A program made the position numbers and the translations under genes. From an uncultured Bacilli bacterium (GTDB lineage: Bacteria > Bacillota_I > Bacilli_A > RF39 > UBA660), in contig CANQMM010000003.1 of the NCBI GenBank assembly GCA_947624955.1, positions 1 through 54,295 of the forward strand: a DNA stretch of 54,295 nt, written 5' to 3'. Below, piece by piece: positions 47,656-54,295 of the stretch; the first letter of the stretch is position 1, and each line of letters opens with the position of its first letter. A model generated the notes under the pieces. It had not been told where the DNA came from, searched no databases, and saw nothing but the letters and a program-made list of their open reading frames with translations.

Positions 47656-48834
47656 ATGAACGAATTTAATGAATTTATGAGTACATATCCGATAGGAGAA
47701 AAGCTAGTTGACTCATCGGCAAATTATTATATTCTGTTAAAGAAAATTGCTAATAAAATTAGTGATTTATACAGGGGAAAATATTTAGTTAAATTTTCTT
47801 GTGGTCAGGGTAGACTTTCAGATGTTCCTTGGATTTGCATTTTTAATACAAGCATTACTGAAAAAGCTGGCAAAGGTTTATATATATGTATTTTGTTTAG
47901 GGCAGATATGTCTGGATTTTATATTGAAATAATTAACGGTATGCAGTATTTTAAGGATACCTTTGGCGCTAATAGTCTTATGAATCTAAATAAAATTTCG
48001 CATTACTTTAGAAGGCAGATTAATACCGACAAGTTTAATCTTTATAATATAGATTTAGGTGTTAAAAAAGGTACTAGGGGAGAAGCATACGAATTTGGTA
48101 CTGTAATAGCAAAGTTTTATGAAAAAAGTAATTTTGATATAATTGGGCTGAAAAAAGATTTAGATGATATTTTGTTAATATATGATGGATTAGTTGAAAA
48201 TATGTCTGCAACTTCATATGATGAAATCATAAATATGGTAATTAATGATAATGATATTCCCTTGGATTGTATTAATGAATCAAATCAGCAATTAGAACAA
48301 AAAATGTTAAAAGAGTTAGGATTAGATATCGGTGAAGTTAATTCTCTTGTAGAAATATCTATTCCAAATAAAGAGAAAAGGTTGACTACAGAAATAACAA
48401 GAACTGTTAGAAAAATAGATGGTGTTGAAAAAGCTAAAAAAGATGCCGAAGTTGGTTTATTAGGAGAAGAATTAGTTATAGAGTACGAAAAGCAAAAAAT
48501 GATAGATAATAAAAGACCTGATCTTGTAGATAAAGTTGTTTGGGAGTCTAGAGTAAATGATGTCTTAGGATATGATATCAGATCTTATGATTTTGATGAA
48601 AATGGTAATGAATACGAGATTTTTATTGAAGTTAAGTCAACTGAGTCAAATGAAAAAAACGTTTTTTTCATTAGTAAAAACGAATATGATAAAATGGTAT
48701 CATTTAAAGAAAAATATTGGATATACAGAGTTTCAAATAAAAAACATATTTTTTACAAGATTAATTATGAATTACTATGTAAAAGATTTGATATGGAAAT
48801 AAATGATTATGTGGTTATGTTAAAAGATCAGTAG
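47656..48834 (+). CDS. McrB-N (DUF3578) + DUF3883 PD-(D/E)XK nuclease, putative modification-dependent restriction enzyme
   Basis: SCGQGRLSDVPWICIF...GLYICILFRADMSG N-domain; GEELV, GYDIRS and IEVKST C-domain. Confidence 0.82.
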   Translation: MNEFNEFMSTYPIGEKLVDSSANYYILLKKIANKISDLYRGKYLVKFSCGQGRLSDVPWICIFNTSITEKAGKGLYICILFRADMSGFYIEIINGMQYFKDTFGANSLMNLNKISHYFRRQINTDKFNLYNIDLGVKKGTRGEAYEFGTVIAKFYEKSNFDIIGLKKDLDDILLIYDGLVENMSATSYDEIINMVINDNDIPLDCINESNQQLEQKMLKELGLDIGEVNSLVEISIPNKEKRLTTEITRTVRKIDGVEKAKKDAEVGLLGEELVIEYEKQKMIDNKRPDLVDKVVWESRVNDVLGYDIRSYDFDENGNEYEIFIEVKSTESNEKNVFFISKNEYDKMVSFKEKYWIYRVSNKKHIFYKINYELLCKRFDMEINDYVVMLKDQ

Positions 48835-49033
48835 AACTTGTTAAGAAAAGACTTATTAAGTGAAATTAAATAGCTAGGGATGAAGCGTAGCTGCTTATAG
48901 AACTTTTTGATTATTAAGATGAAGAAAAGATAAAGATGACTTTGATATAAGTTAGTAATAACGTTAAGTTTAGCCGAATGTGTAAGAATGATCAAAATAT
49001 ATGATATAATCATAATGTAAGGACGTGAATATT

Positions 49034-49174
49034 ATGAATTTGAATCCAGAATCAAAACCATCAATTCGAACTAAACAAGATGCACAAAAAGTTCAAGAGC
49101 AATTATTGGAAAAGAAAACTCAAATTATTGAAGATGCTCCTAAATTATCTTTATCAATAAAAAATGCAAGGTGA
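49034..49174 (+). CDS. Small 46-aa ORF MNLNPESKPSIRTKQDAQKVQEQLLEKKTQIIEDAPKLSLSIKNAR (not in ORF track)
   Basis: Fills the gap between an extended -10 (TGATATAAT, 49002-49010) and the next gene; weak RBS AAGGA; stop overlaps the next RBS. Confidence 0.45.
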   Translation: MNLNPESKPSIRTKQDAQKVQEQLLEKKTQIIEDAPKLSLSIKNAR

Positions 49175-49179
49175 TAGTT

Positions 49180-50031
49180 ATGAAAGAAGAAACTAAAGAT
49201 AAAATTCAGACTGCTACAGAATGTATTTCTGTTGGTTCAAATATAGCTACACTTGCTAATCCATGGTTTGCTACTGTGCCTTTAATTGTATTTTGTGTTA
49301 ATAGAGCTATTGGCTTAATTAGTAATGATGATATTATAAAACGTTTAAGAAAATTTGAAGGTGAATTAGAAAGAAAAAGGATAACAAAAAAGCATTTCAA
49401 AGAAAAAGTTCTTAGCTTGTCAGAACACAAAAAATTTTTTGCTTCATCAACTTTAGAATATATAATTAAAAATTGCATCCCAGAAACTGTAGATATTTAC
49501 ATATCATTATTTATTGATTACATTATAGCAGATAAATATGATTTAGAAGAAGAATTATGTGAAATAATTTTATCATTAAATAAACATGATGTTGAGTTAT
49601 TAAAATATATAAAAGGATTTTTAAAAAATGGTGATAAAACTGTATATCAAAAAGAATTAGAAATGAAAAATAATAAGATGATTTCTAAGGATAATGATGA
49701 AGATGAATTATCTATGTTTGCTGATAGAAATATTATATTAGATAAAAATAAAACAATATTTTGGGAAGATTTTGCCTATTTTTGTAATCTTTCTAAAGAA
49801 ATGACATTAAATGAAATAATGTTATTAGAAAAATATGAAAATGAGGAAAATTTTGTGTATAATAATTGGAAATTTTATGGCAAATCTTTTACAAAACTAG
49901 AAAAGCTTGGTGTCTTAAGTTTAGATTATCATACTTTTTTAGGAACTATGAATAGTATGGAAATTAGTAGATTTCATTTAACTATTCTTGGATTAGACTT
50001 ACTAAAATACATTAAAATAGACGATGATTAA
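49180..50031 (+). CDS. Hypothetical protein, possibly Abi-alpha/DUF4393-like
   Basis: Hydrophobic N-terminal helices, then a helical region; C-terminal winged-helix-like KLEKLGVL...FHLTILGLDLLKYI. The family call is tentative. Confidence 0.5.
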   Translation: MKEETKDKIQTATECISVGSNIATLANPWFATVPLIVFCVNRAIGLISNDDIIKRLRKFEGELERKRITKKHFKEKVLSLSEHKKFFASSTLEYIIKNCIPETVDIYISLFIDYIIADKYDLEEELCEIILSLNKHDVELLKYIKGFLKNGDKTVYQKELEMKNNKMISKDNDEDELSMFADRNIILDKNKTIFWEDFAYFCNLSKEMTLNEIMLLEKYENEENFVYNNWKFYGKSFTKLEKLGVLSLDYHTFLGTMNSMEISRFHLTILGLDLLKYIKIDDD

Positions 50032-50078
50032 ATCATAATTTTTTGATATAATAAATATATAAAAAAGGAGGTAATTTT

Positions 50079-50891
50079 ATGGATGAAATAACTTATGATA
50101 AAGTTCAAGAAGAAAGCAATCCTATAATAAAACAATTATATTGGAATATAGCTTTTGGCCTTCAAGATGTCGATGGATTAAAACCTTCTAAATATATGAA
50201 AGAACTATCTAAGCAACATATTCAGGGGGAAAAGACTTATCAAGAAGTTCAAAATGAAATAACTTCCTATTATAGTAAAAATAAAGATAATCATAATGAC
50301 GATGATGAAGAAGAAGCAGATGAAGTTGCCACTGCTATATATGAAATATTAAGTGATAAATCATTTAGATTTGATTTTCTAACTTTTAAAAATTATCATA
50401 AAAGGCTATTTACTAATTTAGATAAGAAAAAATATAATCCAGGAGAATTTAGAACTTATAATTTTACAAAAGATGAGCCTGTACTTAAGGGAGATACAGT
50501 TCAATATCAATCCTTTGATTTAATTGAAGAAACTTTAAAATATGATTTTAATGAAGAAAAAGAAATAGATTATAGTAAATTTAATGAAGAAGAATTAATA
50601 AATAGAATTGTTGAATTTACCTCTAGAATTTGGCAAGTTCATCCATTTCAAGAAGGAAATACTAGAACTACTGCTGTATTTATTCAAAAATATTTAATAA
50701 GTATGGGATTTAATATTAATAATGAATTGTTTAAGGATAACGCATTATATTTTAGAAATGCTTTAGTAAGAGCAAATTATACCAATTATAGTAAAGGTAT
50801 TAAAGAAACAAATAAGTATTTAATTATGTTTTTTGAAAACTTGTTATTAAATAAAAGTAATGATTTAAATAATAAAGAGTTATATATTTAG
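50079..50891 (+). CDS. Fic family protein with N-terminal VbhA-like inhibitory domain
   Basis: WNIAFGLQDVDGLKPS N-domain, GEFRTYN, Fic motif HPFQEGNTRT, YFRNALVRANY. Confidence 0.9.
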   Translation: MDEITYDKVQEESNPIIKQLYWNIAFGLQDVDGLKPSKYMKELSKQHIQGEKTYQEVQNEITSYYSKNKDNHNDDDEEEADEVATAIYEILSDKSFRFDFLTFKNYHKRLFTNLDKKKYNPGEFRTYNFTKDEPVLKGDTVQYQSFDLIEETLKYDFNEEKEIDYSKFNEEELINRIVEFTSRIWQVHPFQEGNTRTTAVFIQKYLISMGFNINNELFKDNALYFRNALVRANYTNYSKGIKETNKYLIMFFENLLLNKSNDLNNKELYI

Positions 50892-50981
50892 AAATGAAAA
50901 ATGTAGTTTTAAAATAATTACTAAATAGCAAATAATTGAAAAAATATTAAACAAAAGAAAAAATAAAATGAGGAGTAAAAT

Positions 50982-53900
50982 ATGAAATACATAATTGGTT
51001 TAGATTTAGGAATAGATAATGTTGGTTATTCAGTTATTAATGCCGAAACAAAAAGTATTATTAAAAAGGGTGTTCGATTATATAGTGTCGCTGATAAGGC
51101 TGAAAATCGTAGAATTCTAAGAAATACTAGAAGAAGAATAAAGAGAAAAGATAATAGAGTTAATGAATGTTTAAATTTATTTAAAGAAATAAATTTTCCG
51201 GATTATAATACTATTGATGATGATTTATTAGCTAAAAGAATTAAAGGTTTAAATGAAAAAATAGAAAAACAAGAAATAGTAAATATAGTATGTTATTTTA
51301 TGAGCCATCGTGGTTATATTCCGTTTGGCGATGAAGACCGAAACTTAATTGATTTAGATAATAAATATCCATGTGAGTATTATATGGAAGTCTTTAAAAA
51401 GTGCGGTAAATTTCGGAATATGCAATTAGTGGTAAAGCATAGTGATTTGAAAAAAGAATTAGGGGCTATTTTAAATAAACAACTAAATTATTATCCAGAA
51501 TTAAAAAATATAATGAATAAAGATAACAATTTATTAACTATTTTTTCAAGGAAAAGAAAATTTTGGGAAGGTCCAGGAAGTATAGATTCATTAACACCAT
51601 ATGGTCGTTTTAAAAATGTAGATGATGTATTAGAATATCAAAAAATTAAAGAGGAAGGAAAAGAAAAATATTTATTTGAAGAATTGATAGGTCATTGTAA
51701 AATTTATCCTAATGAAAAATGTGTTCCAAAAGCTAACTTTTTTGCCGAAAAATTTAATTTATTAAATGATTTTATAAATATTAGAATTAACAATATTGAA
51801 AATATTACAAATAATGAATTTATATATGTGGATAATAATGAATCTTATCGACTTACAACCTTAGCCTTGGAAAAAATTATTGATTATTGTTTAAATTATG
51901 AAGGGACTTTAACTTATGTTAAGGTTTTAAAAGATGTGTTGGGTTTGAAGAAAGAAGATATAAGTAGCTACCGTATTGATAAAAATAATAAGCCAACATT
52001 TTCTCTTATGAACAATTATAGACATATAAAAAAAGTTTATCAAGAAAATAATTTGGATATGACTTGGTTAATTAAAGATAATTATAAAAATTACAATATT
52101 TTGATAAATCTTTTAGCAGTTGCTCCTGGTATAGTAGAAGTAAAAAAGATGTTAGTGAATATACATGATTGTCATGATGATGAATTAAATGTGATAAAAA
52201 GTATAAATGATAAACTTAAAAAAGATGGAGTATTGCAATATCATGCTTTATCTGAACGAGCATTAGTTAGAGCAATAAATGATATGGTTACAAATTGTAT
52301 GAATTTTATGCAAGTATCTAAAAAATTCGATTATGAAAAGGAAGCAAGAGTAGAATTAATTAAAAATTATGGTAATGGTAAAAGTAAATTATTAATGACT
52401 ACTAAATATGTTGATGATATTATTGCATCTCCACAAGTAAAAAAGACCTTACGTCAAGCTATTAAAATTGTTAATGATATTATTAAAGAACAAGGTGATT
52501 ATCCATCTGTAATTGCAGTTGAAACAACTACGGAACTAAATAGTAATGAAAAGAAAAAAGAAATTGAAAAAGATCAAAAAAGAAATGAAGATTTAAGAAA
52601 AGAAGCCATTAAGTATTTGGAAACAAATTTAAAAAATATAAATGTTACTCCTAAAATGATTGAAAGAGTAATGCTATATCGTGAATTAGATGAAGCGTGT
52701 CCTTATTGTGGTTCTCCTTTAAATATTAATGATGTTATAAATGATATTGTAGAAGTAGAACATATTCTTCCAATTAGTCAAAGTGCTGATGATTCTCAAG
52801 ATAATAAAACCCTTGCTTGTGTTAAATGTAATAATTTAAAAGGAAATAGAACTCCATATGGTTTTTTAACTCCAGAAAAATTTGAAGAATTTGTTCAAAG
52901 ATTATCAAAATTAAAAATAAGTGAGCAAAAAAGAAATAATTTCTTAACAACAGATGATATAAATAAATATAAAACTAAATTTTTTAATCGTAATTTAAGG
53001 GATACTGCTTATGCTACAAAAGAAATGGTTAATCAAATAAAATTGTTTAATTTATATTTAAAAGAAAACGATAAGGAAAAAGAAATTTTAACTTTATCTA
53101 CTCCGGGGCAATTAACTCATAAAATTAGAGAAGTATGGCAACTTGAAAAAAATCGTGAAGAAGGAAAATGGCATCATGTTGTGGATGCTTCAATTGTTGG
53201 TAGTATAGCTATTACAAATATAGGTAAAAAAATTATTAAGTTACAAAATGATCCCCAATATTTGCTTTTAAATAAAAATGAGCTTCAAGAAATACCTAAA
53301 TTATTGTCTAATTTTACCCCTAATGAAATGAAAGATGAAATATGTCAAATTAAAAGTGATGCTGATATAAATATTTCTATGCAAGTTAATAAAGATATTA
53401 ATAGGTCAATTTCTAATGCTAATTTAAGTAAATTTATCAAAAAAGATAATAATTATTATATTATAAAACAGATTAATGATATATATGCTCCTGACTTATA
53501 CCGAAATGATAAAAAATTATTAGATTGCTTATTTGATAGTAATGATACTAAATATACATTGTTATGTCAAAGTCAAAATCCTAAGTTATATTCTTTATTA
53601 AAAGATATATATCACAATTATCAACATGATAATACTAATCCATTTTTAAATTATTGTTATGAATTAATGGATAAAGACCCTAAAGAATTTAATTATTTAG
53701 TTGATGGAATAAAAACTTCTTCTAAGAATAATAAAGGAGTATTAATAAAAAAATTACGCTATATGCAAAATGTAAATGCTCCCTTCCTTTTAGAAAAGAA
53801 AAGTATTGCTAAAAAAGAATCTACTTTAATAGGTTTAGATAGTGTAGCTGTTTATTATACAAGTTTATATTGGAATAAAGATTTAGAGAAAATAATATTT

Positions 53901-54218
53901 ATGCCAGTATATCTTCCTTGTGTTAATTTTAAAACAAAGCAAATTAATAAAGAACACCGATTATATCAGTTATATTATCAAAAATTAATTGCAGGAAAAG
54001 ATGTGGAATTTATAGTTAATTTGTATAATGGGAATTATATTGAAATAGAAAAACCAAATGGTGAAATATTTCATGAATATGTTAAAGGATATTCTAAATC
54101 GAGTGGTAGTATTCAATGTAAATCAGGTAAATATTTATCTTCAAATGATAAATTTACTTTGTATGATGTTGATCGTTTAGGAAATAAGTATAAACGTTTG
54201 ACATGGCCTCAAAAATAA
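50982..54218 (+). CDS. cas9: Type II CRISPR endonuclease Cas9 (1078 aa, St1/Sa-like)
   Basis: RuvC-I GLD8LG, Arg-rich bridge helix, KRKFWEGPG, SPQVKKTLRQA, RuvC-II E514, HNH EH594ILP...N...KGNRTP, RNLRDT, RuvC-III HHVVD735, C-terminal DRLGN. Confidence 0.96.
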   Translation: MKYIIGLDLGIDNVGYSVINAETKSIIKKGVRLYSVADKAENRRILRNTRRRIKRKDNRVNECLNLFKEINFPDYNTIDDDLLAKRIKGLNEKIEKQEIVNIVCYFMSHRGYIPFGDEDRNLIDLDNKYPCEYYMEVFKKCGKFRNMQLVVKHSDLKKELGAILNKQLNYYPELKNIMNKDNNLLTIFSRKRKFWEGPGSIDSLTPYGRFKNVDDVLEYQKIKEEGKEKYLFEELIGHCKIYPNEKCVPKANFFAEKFNLLNDFINIRINNIENITNNEFIYVDNNESYRLTTLALEKIIDYCLNYEGTLTYVKVLKDVLGLKKEDISSYRIDKNNKPTFSLMNNYRHIKKVYQENNLDMTWLIKDNYKNYNILINLLAVAPGIVEVKKMLVNIHDCHDDELNVIKSINDKLKKDGVLQYHALSERALVRAINDMVTNCMNFMQVSKKFDYEKEARVELIKNYGNGKSKLLMTTKYVDDIIASPQVKKTLRQAIKIVNDIIKEQGDYPSVIAVETTTELNSNEKKKEIEKDQKRNEDLRKEAIKYLETNLKNINVTPKMIERVMLYRELDEACPYCGSPLNINDVINDIVEVEHILPISQSADDSQDNKTLACVKCNNLKGNRTPYGFLTPEKFEEFVQRLSKLKISEQKRNNFLTTDDINKYKTKFFNRNLRDTAYATKEMVNQIKLFNLYLKENDKEKEILTLSTPGQLTHKIREVWQLEKNREEGKWHHVVDASIVGSIAITNIGKKIIKLQNDPQYLLLNKNELQEIPKLLSNFTPNEMKDEICQIKSDADINISMQVNKDINRSISNANLSKFIKKDNNYYIIKQINDIYAPDLYRNDKKLLDCLFDSNDTKYTLLCQSQNPKLYSLLKDIYHNYQHDNTNPFLNYCYELMDKDPKEFNYLVDGIKTSSKNNKGVLIKKLRYMQNVNAPFLLEKKSIAKKESTLIGLDSVAVYYTSLYWNKDLEKIIFMPVYLPCVNFKTKQINKEHRLYQLYYQKLIAGKDVEFIVNLYNGNYIEIEKPNGEIFHEYVKGYSKSSGSIQCKSGKYLSSNDKFTLYDVDRLGNKYKRLTWPQK

Positions 54219-54226
54219 TGTATCTT
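54198..54226 (+). promoter_or_regulatory. SigA promoter embedded in the cas9 3' end
   Basis: Perfect TTGACA (54198-54203), 17-bp spacer, TATCTT (54221-54226). Confidence 0.55.
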
Positions 54227-54237
54227 GACTTTGACAG

Positions 54238-54282
54238 TAAAAACGAGCAATCCCTTTAATTACCTAGGTTTGCTCGTTTTTA
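54238..54282. repeat. 13-bp perfect inverted repeat (terminator or part of tracrRNA/leader)
   Basis: TAAAAACGAGCAA (54238-54250) / TTGCTCGTTTTTA (54270-54282), 19-nt loop. Confidence 0.75.
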
Positions 54283-54295
54283 AAATGTTGTACAT

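Noticed and set aside
48828-49013. Minus-strand 61-aa ORF or possible att site at the composition shift
   Set aside because: No RBS or motif, and no matching direct repeat, tRNA end or integrase was found in the window.
903-49478. Other short ORFs nested in or antisense to long genes (e.g. 903..1145, 2725..2994, 12824..13123, 17273..17626, 24639..27687, 34580..34786, 35816..36085, 44078..44350, 48572..48802, 49206..49478)
   Set aside because: They overlap well-supported genes, and their F/L/I/S-rich composition is what the reverse strand of A-rich coding DNA produces.
50892-50981. tracrRNA or CRISPR array upstream of cas9
   Set aside because: 90 nt of A-rich sequence with no stable hairpins or repeats; no CRISPR array is visible anywhere in the window.
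1-54295. Mycoplasma-type genetic code (TGA = Trp), suggested by low GC and reduced gene set
   Set aside because: TGA ends several conserved genes at the expected length (mfd, spoVT, rsmA, nrdG), Trp is TGG, and peptidoglycan genes are present.

Overview
AT-rich Bacillota chromosome segment read with translation table 11, with genes almost all on the + strand. It looks like a streamlined, uncultured gut Bacilli lineage (RF39-like; inference). A perfect parS site and a condensed Bacillus-type gene order place it just right of oriC. Positions 1-23.7 kb are core genes: SRP RNA, tadA, dnaX, ybaB, recR, bofA, holB, ricT, yabB, pth, mfd, spoVT, T-box-metG, tatD, rsmA, yabG, veg, spoVG, yabP, yabQ, divIC, nrdG, nagZ, two degenerate ECF ATPases without ecfT, truA, rplM and rpsI. 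An islet between mfd and spoVT carries an unannotated type I toxin-antitoxin locus and a Cys-repeat lipoprotein. Positions 23.7-44.5 kb hold a giant CoA-enzyme activase, the murL-murD2 epimerase route to D-Glu, cwlD, envelope proteins, an Abi_2/HEPN gene coupled to htrA, and a dockerin-bearing M60 glycopeptidase followed by a membrane-anchored cohesin-like protein (candidate minimal mucin-degrading cohesin-dockerin complex). Positions 44.6-54.3 kb are a defence island: GmrSD-like, McrB-N/DUF3883 nuclease, unknown ORFs, Fic, and an intact-looking 1078-aa St1/Sa-type Cas9 with a zinc-finger HNH. The Cas9 is followed by a promoter, a hairpin and a possible anti-repeat or repeat start at the window edge. 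All calls come from reading motifs by eye; no database searches were run.
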